Source: Chiloscyllium plagiosum (Eukaryota). Taken from it: 64,000 bases of DNA. Position numbers and translations under genes: made by a program. The notes beneath the pieces are model-generated. The model ran no database searches. It had not been told where the DNA came from and was given only the letters and a program-made list of their open reading frames with translations. The stretch is from contig NC_057717.1 in NCBI RefSeq assembly GCF_004010195.1, positions 102,731,676-102,795,675 of the forward strand, written 5' to 3'. Positions 11,801 through 23,800 of the stretch are shown one piece after another. Position 1 is the stretch's first letter, and the number at the start of each line of letters is the position of its first letter.

Positions 11801-14800
11801 AGTTATAAGGAGAGGCTGGATAGGCTGGGAGTTTTTTCCCTGGAAAGTAGGAGGTTGGGGGGGGTGACTTTACAGAGGTTTATAAAATCATGACGGGTAT
11901 AGATAAGGTGAATGACAAAGGTGTTTTCCCTAGGGTGGGGGATTTCAAGACGAGTGGGTGTATTTTTAAGGTGAAAGGAGAAAGATTTTAAAAAGCCACG
12001 AGGAGCAATTTTTTACACAGACAGTGGTCCGTGTGTGGCATGAATGTCCAGAGGAAGTGGTGGATGTGAGTACAATTTCAGCATTTAAAGGACATTTGGA
12101 TAAGTCCATGAATAGGAAAGGTTTGGAGGGATATGGGCCAGGAGCAGGCAGGTGGGACTAGTTTAGTTTGGGATTATGGTTGGTGTGGACTGGTTGGACC
12201 GAAGGGTCTGTTTCCGTGCTGTATGAGTCTATAACATGGCTTTTTATCATCCCTTTTTTTCACTAAAATCTTTTTCTATTGAAGATTATGAGTGCATTTC
12301 CTGTAATCCTTGAGTGCCTTGTTGCAGTGAAGAGGGGGCATACCTTCAGGGTACTCAGGGAAGAACAGGATTGGCTGACAAACTTTTTAATGTTTCACTT
12401 CTCCCTCCCTCCCCCAACAGGGTCTCCCTGGTAATGAAGGTCAGAAAGGAGACGCTGGTGAGATGGGGCCACAGGTAAATGCTTGTCCTCCAACAGTTCT
12501 TAGTGATTGATCATGGTGCGTGAGAGCCACTGACTGGGGCGGGTCCAACCCAGGGCTGTGTCGGAGGACATAGTGGAGTGACGTTGTGGATCAGTGAGAG
12601 GTACCTTACTCCCACAGTGACTGTGGGATGTGGGGAGATCTTGAGAAAGATTGAATCCCTACAGTGAGGAAAGAAGTCATTCAGCCCATTAAGTCTACAT
12701 CTGAAGAGCATCCCACAAAGAATCAGCCCTCTACCCAACACTGTAACCCTGCATTTTTCACAGCTAACCTATATAGCCTACACACTCCTGGATTCCACGA
12801 GGCAATTTAGCATGGCCAATCCACCTAACCGCCCATCTTTGATGCTGAAGAACAAATCGAAGAACTGCCTTGAATAGCAGACAGGAAGAGTAAAACTTTA
12901 ACAAGTGGTGTTAAAGCTCTTGAGCACTGTCATACCCACTGAGGGAGTGCTGCATTGTCAGAGGGTATGACCATTTGGATGAGATCCCATCTTATCTGCT
13001 CTCTCAAGGCACTCAATCCAACAAGAGGATTTTTAAAATTCATTTACAGAACAAGGGCTAGGCCAGCATTTATTGCCCATCCCTAATTGCCCAGAGGGCA
13101 ATTAAGAGTCAACCACATTGCTGTGGGTCTGGAGTCATATGTAGGCCAGACCAGGTGAGGATGACAGTTTCCTTCCTTAAAGGTCATTCGCAAACTTCCC
13201 AACAATTGATAACGGATTTGTAGTCATCATTAGACTCTTAGTTCCAGATTTTTATTGAATTTAAATTCTGACATCTGCCATGGTGGGATTTTAACCTGGC
13301 TCCCCTTGAACATTACCGGGGTCTCTGGATTAACAGTCCAGCAATAATACCACTAGGCTATCGCCCTTCCCATGATTCAGGAGAATGCTCATTTATTCCT
13401 CAGTTCATATCATTCAAACAAATGCCCTGGTTATTGTCAAGATGTTGGAAGTGGCCCATCTGATTGAGTTTTTTCCCTTAGTATTTCAGTATGGTTTTTC
13501 TGCAATGTGCTTTGACTGCCTCCTTACTGCTCCCCCTCAAGGTGGAAGCAAAGACAGAAATTACTTCCTGGATTAGACATCATCAAGGAACAAAACAAAA
13601 TTCGCATTGTGGGATCATGCTGTGCACAAATTTCTTTGCATTTCGTACATTAGAACAGCGACTGCACTTCAGTATAGACTGTTTCGTCCTTTGGGGGACT
13701 ACCTTTGTGGTTGTATATAAATGCAGACCTCTCTTTCTTTCCTAGGGACCTCCAGGCATTCCAGGACCTCTGGGACCAACAGGAAGATCCGGACGAAGGG
13801 TAGGGACATTCTTGGTCAAATTAATGGCACTCATTTCCAAGGATTCAGTGGGATGCATAATGCATTGTAATCCCATAGTCAGCTGTTTACCATCTGCTCC
13901 AAGCTAAGACTTGCCCTCAAGAAATGCAAGATCTAATCAAGTGGGAGAAATATCTTCATCCCACAGAGTGATGCTTGAGCATGTGGAGTTTGCCACTCCA
14001 GAGGGTGGCTTGTTCAGTATATTCAAGGCTGAGATGGACAGACTTTTAATCAGTCAGGGGAAAGGCAGGAAAGTGGAGCTGAAGATTATGATATCAGTGA
14101 CGATTTCATTGGTGTTGGAAGATCCAATGGGCTGAATGGCTAATACATCATACAGTCTCACAATAATCAGGGAGCACTGTCATGTTTGTGAAAATCCAAT
14201 GGATGTGCCATTTATGAAAAAGAGGTCCAAATTCTCCTGCTGTAGAAATGAATCCAAGTTGCACTCCTGTGAAGTCTGACCTTAATTTTCAGAATCTGAG
14301 CCACCATCCTAAACTCCCCAGTAAGGGTTGCCAACCCTGATGAAGTATGTGTCTGGAGGCTGTATCCCAGGACTAGCCACTCTAGCCCCACAGTTTTGCA
14401 ATCAATGCTTCCACCCAGGTGACACCCTGCACTCCCACCACAATCGGAAAGCCAAAGACCCCATCACGCAATTGGATGATGCTTGACTTTGAGCGGAATG
14501 ACTTTCTACTTGCCCCATTTTCAATCTCTGTGATGCTGACAGAAGGTGACGGGGAAAACAATCCTTTTGAATGACCCCGTGAATTTTCCCTCCAGGGTTG
14601 CACACCACATGGTCTTTGAGATTATGGATGTAGGTTTGCTTGCTGAGCCGGAAGGTTCATTTCCAGACGTTTCATTACCCTACTTTTCTTGGGTGGTAGA
14701 TGGGGTCTAACTTGATGTGTTTGTTGATAGAGTTCCGGTTGGAATGCCATGCTTCTAGGAATTCTCGTGCGTGTCTTTGTTTGTCTTGTCTGAGGATGGA

Positions 14801-17800
14801 TGTGTTGTCCCAGTCAAAGTGGTGTCCTTCCTCATCTGTATGTGAGGATACTAGTGAGAGTGGGTCATGTCTTTTTGTGGCTCTTTCGTACAGTCCTTGC
14901 ATGGTATTTTGCAAATAATATTAGCTTTGCTCGCTGTCTGTATAGGGTCTTTAGCATATACTGTAACAAACACTACATTGGACAACAGGCAGAAAACTAG
15001 CCACCAGAATACATGAACTAGCCACAAAATCAACAAACACATTGAATTAGACCCCATTTACCACCCCCTGAGAAAAGGAACAGGAAGTGACTTCACCACA
15101 GGAAATGACATCACCAACCCAAAGAAACCCAAACATATAAATAGAAAGCAGGAATTTTCAGCATTGCTTCGCCTGAGGCCCACTGAAGATGTTATCTAGT
15201 AGGGTAACAAAACATCTGGAAGTGAACCTTCTAGCTCAGTGAGCAAACCTACATCCAAAACCCCAACCTGAGCTATAAATCTTCTCAAATTCCGTTGAGA
15301 TTAATCTTTAATTTCTGGAGATGCCAGACCATATGGCTGGAGAGTTGGCAACCGTACTCCTCAAGCAGTAAACAATTTGCTGTGCTTCTCTCTGCTCCCC
15401 TTAGCATCTTGAAAATGTCAAACAATCACCCCTTATCCTTCGAAATTCAAAGGAATCTTACCCTAATTTGTCACCAACATCATTTTATAAATGAAATTTG
15501 CGTTTGGAATCATTATGAATCACCTGAAGTTAGTGTGCAGATGCAGCAAAGTCATTCTAAAAGCAAACGCAATGCCATTGCTCATTGGAACTGGAATGGA
15601 ATGCCCAAGTCAAGATGTCAAGAGTCAAGATATTGGTGTAGACGTGTCTCCGCTACACCCTTATCTGAAAAAAAATCTGGAAGCAGTTTCGAGAGATTTT
15701 TATTTCCAGGATGAAAGGATTATCTTATGAGGAAAGGTCAAGACCAGAGATATTGAGGTTCAGAGGAATGAGAGGTGATCTGATGGAAACATCTAAGATC
15801 TGGGTGGGATTGGAGAGCGAAACTACAAGTGGGGTGCTCAGTCTAAGGAGAAGGGGACTTCCTTGTTTACACAGAGCTGAGGACAAAGTTATTCTCTCAA
15901 ATCGAGTGCTGAGTTTTCTTGCTCAGGCGGCCGTAGAGGCAGAGCTGTTTATTTTAAAAATGTATTCATTTTGTGGGATGTGGGTGTCGCTGGCTGGGCC
16001 CAGCATTTATTGCCCGTCCCTAGTTGCCCCTGGAGAAGGTGGGGGTGTGCTGCCTTCTTGAACCACTGCGGCCCACCTGACCCACAATGACCTTAGGGAG
16101 GGAATTCCAGGAATTTGACCCAGCGACTGTGAAGGAACGGCGATATATTTCCAAGCCTCAATCCCAGGCTGAGTTGGGTAGATGTTTGATAGACTGCAGG
16201 CACGTTAGGCCAAATGGCCTCTTTCTGTAACCCTTCCACTTCTGTCGTTCTGTGGAGAGAGTCAAAGGGTCGAGGGTGCACTGAGGCCAAGGACGTAACC
16301 AGGCTGCCGAGAATTTTACAGAATGGTAAGACAAACCCCTTATGGGCTGAATGATCTTGGGTCCTACACTCAGAGAATCCCTACAATGTTGAAACAGGCC
16401 ATTTGGCCCAATAAATCCACACCAATCCTCCATAAGAGTATCCCACCTAGACCCATTTCTCTACCCTATTACTGTAGATATCCCCTAACCAATGCATCCT
16501 GCCTAAACATCCCTTAGCGCTATTGGTAATTTAGCATGGCCAATCCACCCTAAGCATCTTTGGGCTGTGGGAGGAAACCGGAGCAAACCCATGCAGACAC
16601 AGGGAAAATGTGCAAACTCCACACAGATAGTCGCCTGAGGCTGGAATTGAACTTGGGTCTCTGATGCTGTGAGGCAGCAGTGCCAAACACTGAGCCACCG
16701 TACCACCCCATATTACTCCTGTGTTGTACACAAGTTGGTGTTGTGCAGTCCCATCGAGGTAGATTTGTATCAGTCTCTCTCTTTCTCTCACACACACACA
16801 CGTATATACACACACACACACACACATACACACAGACAAACACACACACTCCTAGTTGCCTTTCGCGAACACACCAGATTGTTATTTGTCAGTGAAGCGA
16901 TGGAGAAGGGTGTGTTGCAGCGATGTTAAAACCTGCATGTGGATCTGGAACACCAGCAACAGCCCTTATCTCGAGAGGCTGTCTCTTCCTCTGCCCCACC
17001 ATCGACAATTCAAAATGCACATAAACCCGATGCTGGCAAAACATTACCATCAACAATTCAAACTGCCATCCCACTCTCGCAAACAAGTGGTTCCTAAGCT
17101 GTGGGTGTTGTGACTCTGTTCACTCAATGGCCTTGTCTGACTGATGTTGGCTTCAGGAGCAGCTCACTGAATGGTATCTCATGTGACGTTCTTGGCCGAG
17201 TGTTTGCAATGACCTGGCAGCAGCCCAAACTCCTGTTCTATAATCCCGCAGCTTGGCTGAGATGTCTCCTTGCAGTTTTTGGATCACACGTTAAGGAACT
17301 TGTACAAAGCTGCTTGGACATCGCCTGGAACTGTCCCACGGTGGTACACGTGGAAATCAGGAATTCAGCAAGGAGCCTGGAGTCACAGCTGCCTGCATGT
17401 TACACATTGCACCTGTTTACTGCGCTCAGCGAGTTTCCCCATCTGCCTCACGCCAGCTCTCTCTCTTTCCCTTCCTCTCTACTCTCTCTTATACTCTGTC
17501 TTTCTTTCCTTTCACTCCCTCTCTCTCCAACACTTCCACACTCCTCCTGCTCCCCCTCAGACCTACCTCTGACTCCAGCTTTCTTAATCTTCCTTGTCCC
17601 TCGAGCCCCCATTCCTCCTCTCCTCCTCCTGCTCTCTCCTTCCCCTCTCCCTTCCCTGCCCCTCCCACCTCTCCTTTCTCCTCTCTCTTCCCCCTTTCCC
17701 CTCTCCTACCCCTCCCTCCNNNNNNNNNNNNNNNNNNNNNNNNNNNNNNNNNNNNNNNNNNNNNNNNNNNNNNNNNNNNNNNNNNNNNNNNNNNNNNNNN

Positions 17801-20800
17801 NNNNNNNNNNNNNNNNNNNNNNNNNNNNNNNNNNNNNNNNNNNNNNNNNNNNNNNNNNNNNNNNNNNNNNNNNNNNNNNNNNNNNNNNNNNNNNNNNNNN
17901 NNNNNNNNNNNNNNNNNNNNNNNNNNNNNNNNNNNNNNNNNNNNNNNNNNNNNNNNNNNNNNNNNNNNNNNNNNNNNNNNNNNNNNNNNNNNNNNNNNNN
18001 NNNNNNNNNNNNNNNNNNNNNNNNNNNNNNNNNNNNNNNNNNNNNNNNNNNNNNNNNNNNNNNNNNNNNNNNNNNNNNNNNNNNNNNNNNNNNNNNNNNN
18101 NNNNNNNNNNNNNNNNNNNNNNNNNNNNNNNNNNNNNNNNNNTCTCTCTCTCTGTCTCTCTGTCTCTCTTTGTCTGTGTTTCTCTGTCTCTGTCTCTCGT
18201 TCTCTGTCAATCCGTCTTCCCATCTCTCTCTCTGTCTCTATATGTCTCTCTCTCTCTCTGTCTCTCTTTTTGTGTCTCTCTATCTCTCTCTGTCTTCTCT
18301 CTGTCTCTGTGTTTCTCTGTCTCTGTTTCTCTCTTTTTCTGTCTCTCTGACTGTCTCTCTCCTGCCCATATTTAATAGTATCCTGAATATCGAAATTGCC
18401 TCTGAATGATGGTTAGTCTTTTATGTAGTCCACGAATCAGAGCCGTTAATGAAGTCCGAGTTAAGGACAGTCCACGTTGCTGGTGCAGTCAGCAACGATG
18501 ACCCACTCACAGTGGCACCCTCACAATTTTAATTTAAGGTCCATAAAACCAACTCTTTATTCTGAGGAAAGCTCAGTAAATTATTATAAACTAGCTGTCC
18601 TGCTGTTGATTAAGACATACACTGAAGGAGTTACTTGACCAAGTTTAATGATTGCATTCAGAACAAAACAATGGCTTATTTGATTTGATTTATTCCTGTC
18701 ACGTGTACTGAGATACAGGGAACAGTGTTTTCTGAGTGCTTTCCAGGCAGATCGCACTATACAGGTGCATCAGGGTAACAGAACAGAGTGCAGGATACAG
18801 TGTTACAGCCACACAGAAGGTGCAGATAGAGACCAACATTAACATTAAAGAGGTCCATCCAACAATCCAATAACTTGTTTCTATTTTCCTGCACTGTAAC
18901 GAAAGAAAAATCAAGATTGAAAATAGGTAATTCAGCCCATCTAAACCTATCACCTCCAGTCTTTATGTCATTCCTCCCAGCACCCAACTGCACTTTAAAC
19001 ATTCATCTTGTGCAGTTTTGCTTCTTCTGCCCAGCCAGGGAAAGCATCACACTCACTAAATATCTTTCTGAGTGATAAACTTCTTTTTAAATTGATATCT
19101 TAACCCGTTCGTATCTATGTTACCAATTCAGAACGGTGGTGGTGGTGGGGGAGGGGAGTGGGGAATCTGGTGGTGGCGACAATGACAAGTTCAGACAAGG
19201 AACAGGCCTTACCATTAAGGACGGAAAATATCCTATTTCACATTTAATATGTTGAGCAATCCATGATTTATACTCAGCATATGGAAAGAAATTGGAGCAG
19301 ACACTTCAGATTTGAAGTCTCTGTTACAGATTCCCTCCTTCCCTCCATATGACAGAATCACAAAATTGTTATAGCACAGAAAGAAGCCATTTGGCCCATT
19401 GTAGCTGTTCTATCCCCTAATGCCAACCTCCTTGTCTTGACCCCAGCAGCTACACACCGTGTCTATCCAAATAATTACCCGGTGCCCTCCACCACATTTC
19501 CAAAGCCCCTCATGGCTTGCTCTGTGAAAAAAAGTTTTCCCTCACATCACCCTTGCTTTGTTTGTACATCATCTTAAAATCTGTGTCCTCTGTCCCAGGC
19601 ATTTCACCATGGCATTTGGCAAAAGTTAAAACTGCATGTTTATCATTCCTGCCTCGTCAGTGCCAGGGAAACTGCAGTAACTCACCGAATCTCCCCTGAC
19701 AGCACCTTCCAAACCCACGACCACTTCCACTTAGAAGGACAAGGGCAGCAGATACATGGGAACACCACCCCTGCAATTTCCTCTCTGAGCCACCATCCCG
19801 AATTGGAAATATATTGCTGTTCCTTCAGTGTTACTGGGTCAAAATTCTCTCTCTAATGTCGTGATGGGTCAACCCACAGCACATGGAGCGGTTCAAGAAG
19901 GCAACTCACTACCACCTTCTCATAGAGTCAGACGGTCATACAGCATGGAAACAGACCCTTCAATCCAACCAGTCCATGCCGACCATGTTCCCAAAGTAAA
20001 CCACTCCCCCCTGCATGCACTTGGCCCACATCACTCCTAACCTTTCCTATTTATGAACTTATCCAAATGACTTTTAAACATTGTAACCATACCTGCACCC
20101 ACTACTTCCTCAGGAAGTTCATTCCACACACAAACCACACAAAATAGTCCCTTATGTCTTTTTTTAATCTTCCTTTTCTCACCTTAAAAATATGACCCCG
20201 AGTCTTGAAATCCCTTATGCTTGGGAAAAGTCAACTGTCATTCACCTCATCTATCCCCCTCATGATTTTATAAACCTCTGGAAGGTCACCCCTTAACCAC
20301 TTACATTCCAGTGAACAAAGTTTCAGCCTCTCCTTATTCCAACCCTCCCTTCCCAGCAACACCCTGGTTCATCTTTTCTGAACCCCCTCCTGTTTAATAA
20401 TACCTGTCCTGCTAACAAGGCACCCAGAACTAGATACAGTATTCCCAAAGGGGCTTCATCCATGTCCTGTAAGCCCAGCCAACCATGCCCACATCCCAGA
20501 AATGAATATAAGGAAAACAATCTGTCATTTGTGCACATGAAAAGACTGGTACATTTGCTGGGGCAACAATGTCAGTCAAAAAACATATGGGGTGCATGCC
20601 TATTGGCTGAGGCATACAAGACCAGAAAGGATATGCCAGAATGAAAACAGAAGTGCTGGAGAAACTCAGCAGGTCTGGGGAGAGAGCAACAGTTAATACT
20701 TCAAGTCCAAAGACTCTTCTTCAGGCCTGAAGTAGTTTGTGTTTATTTGGAAGGCTATAAAATGGTGGTTGGGTCTGGCTGGAGCACACTTTGCAGATCA

Positions 20801-23800
20801 GGGACACCTCATTCTAGGAAGGATGCGATTGCATGAGGGAGTGTGCTGAGGAAACTCACCAGGTTGCTGCCTGGACTGGAGAGTCTGAGCTATGAGGAAC
20901 GATTGGATACGCTGGGAGCAGTGAAGCCTGAGAAGAGGCTGGTAGAGGTGTTTAAGATTATGTGGGGTACAGATAGGCTGGATAGAAAGGATAGAAAGCC
21001 TTAGATAAGCTCATGGATGATTTTGGGATAGTGTAGGGGGACGAGCTGAGAAAAGTCCACAGGTCGGCGCAACATCAAGGGCCAAAGGGCCTGTTCTGTG
21101 CTGTATTGTTCTATGTTCTGAAGGCACTTTTTCTCCCCCATTAGTAGCAGGGGCTATAGATTTAAGGTAGAAGACTAAGGTAAGAGCTTTGGAGAATTAT
21201 TTTCTGTCAGAGGGTGATGGGAATCTTGAACTGACTGTTGGAAAGGATGCTGGAGTCAGAAGCTTTCGTGATGTTTCAGCAGTAGTTAGATATTTGCATG
21301 CATGGCTATAGCCTGAGAAATGGGATTAATCTAGTCAGATCTTTGTCAGCCTGGGCTTGATGAGCTGATTGGCCTCCTCTGTGCTGTAACCATCTATGAG
21401 TCGATGCGAAATGAAGTCTTAAAATGCAAATGTTCTTTCCTGAATGGGCATAAACCTTGGTCACTATCAGTCCTGGTAAAAACAAAAACAGTGTGTAAAG
21501 GCAGTCTCTTGTTTCTGTTGTTCCCATGAACAGGGACGTCCTGGGGTGAATGGAATCCGTGGTTTACCAGGAGAGCCAGGAGTAAAGGTTAGTATTTTGT
21601 TCAGAGAAGCCTGGTGAGTGTCATGCTGGGGTAAAGATTAGTTCCAGGCATGAGTGGAATCTCTCCCTGGCGCTGATCGACATGGTGCATGGAGATGAGA
21701 TTCTCATGACTGAGCAGCAAGGGGCCAGTTTGAAGATGTTTGGGGTGCACTAACGTCTCTCCTGGAAGTTGTCTCCCCTCTTCCATGTGCACTTTCCCAC
21801 CGGGGATCGAACCTCGGCACAGTGACAATTGCCGACACGGGAATCCGTGAGAGTTTTGCTGCTGGCTCCCAGCTCACTCCTCCGTCTTGGAGACTTGATG
21901 GGCCAAATTGCCTCCTCGCCACACTGCAGGGATTCTGTGACAAGCTTCTAAGCATTGGGATCACTTCAGAAGCTAAAGCAGACCCATTCCAAACTAACGG
22001 AAGCATTTTAAGCTGCAGGAAGTCTTTTGGCTGAAGAGCAAAATTACTCTGGTCATGAGTAAACCCTCTGGGAGGGGGGGTGACTTTGTCCAGAGAGTGG
22101 AGGATGTGGAAGTGGCCACCATGGGGTATTGGGTTGTGGGGGAAGGGGTGCAGGTTTGGTGGTAGGGAAGGTGAGTGGATTTGAGGGGAAGCCGAGGGAG
22201 AGAGGAATGGAAGGTCTGGCCGACAGAGGGAGGAGGTGACTCCATGGAAAGCTGAGACCACTTGCTCGGCTGTGTCTGTGAAAGCTGCAGCTGATCAAGC
22301 TGAGGTTTCCATATTCCAGACTCTCATCCCGGAACGATGAGAGAATTGCGGAATAATAATAATCAGAATAAAGCAGAATATTGTACAGATTGTGCAATTA
22401 TTTGATCTAATCAGTTACTGGCAGCAGACCCTGGAGTTGTTCCTCTAAACGGAATATTAAACTGTGATTGATTTGTAGCTCGCTCTAACTGCGAATTCCT
22501 ATTCCCTTCTGCACTACATTAGCATATGAAAACCTCATTTGAATATGGTTGAAGTTGAAAGTGGCACCAGGGTACAGTTTGCACAAAACGTTTATTTTTA
22601 ATGGTTAAAATTACTCAGGGTCCACATATGCTCTTAATGGGAGGTTCTCTTGAATTGAATGGAATTGAATTTATTGTCACGTGTACCGAGGCACAGTGAA
22701 AAGTTTTGTCTTGTGAGCAATACAGGCAGATCACAGAGTTAAGTTGCATAGATAAGTGAATAATAGGTAAATAGCGGCAAAAACAAAAACACAGGTCCAG
22801 GCAAATGTTGAGAGTTTGTGAGTTCATTCACTATTCGAACAACAGTAGGGTAGAAACTGTTCCGAAACCGGCTGGGGCGTGTGTTCAGGCTTCTGTACCT
22901 TTTCCCCAATGGTAGAAGTTGTAGAAAAACATTGCCAGGGTGGGATGGATCTTTGAGAATGCTGGTGGCCTTTCCTTGACAGTGGGCCAGGTAGATGGAT
23001 TTGATAGATGGGAGGTTGGCCTTTGTGATTGTCCGGGACCCTCCCTGTGTAGCAACCAGCTGGAGTGGAATGCATCAACCCACTTTGGCTTGAAGTGACG
23101 GAGCACAGAAGGAGGCCATTTGGTCCATCTGATCCTTGCTAACCCTTGCAAGGAGCTCTCAGCAGAGTGGGTGGTGCAGGGTGGAGTTGGGTGGAGAAGA
23201 TTGGAGGAGGCCGTGAGGAAAGGGGCTCATATCTGTGCTTGCTCTGACCTGCAGTGTCTATTGACTGGATTGTCAGTATCATTGCACAGATTAATGAGAC
23301 GTTGTTGTCTTTCTTGCAACAGGGCAACAGAGGATTTGACGGGCTCCCCGGACTGCCTGGAAATAAAGGCGACAGGGTAAGGGAAACATCAACGCTTGGC
23401 TCGGACTGTCACTTGGAGAAATGGTCTCGGGTCTAGTGAACTCATCTCTCTCCTTGTTTAATGCCTGCTTTCCTTCCCGCACGCTGGGATACAGTGGCCA
23501 CAGTTTCTGCCTCTTGACTGAGGTGGCCAACGCTGAGATGTGAGAGTTGGCAGGCCACCCATCACTGTCAAACGCAACACTGCCTCACCTCACACGTGTA
23601 TGGTGTGTTAATTAAGCACTTTCTGCTGGATAGGAAGCTGACTTTTATGGGAGCACTCATTCCAAAAAAGTGAGAGCAAACCTTGTTTTAACCAGCACCT
23701 TATGTACCACCAGTCTAGTTAAAGGTTATATCCCTGAAATACCGCAGCATTTACTCTATTGTCACAATCTGCGAGTAGTTAGTTGAGGGTGCGAGTGAGA

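Noticed and set aside
17101..18409. Long ORFs (up to 424 aa) spanning the first N gap, and those at 63239-63982
   Set aside because: Artefacts of N runs and stop-free CT microsatellite
21601..22397. Cluster of overlapping ORFs (up to 185 aa) in apparently unique intronic DNA as a nested gene
   Set aside because: No recognisable domain, no consistent splice structure or codon pattern; cannot be supported without expression data
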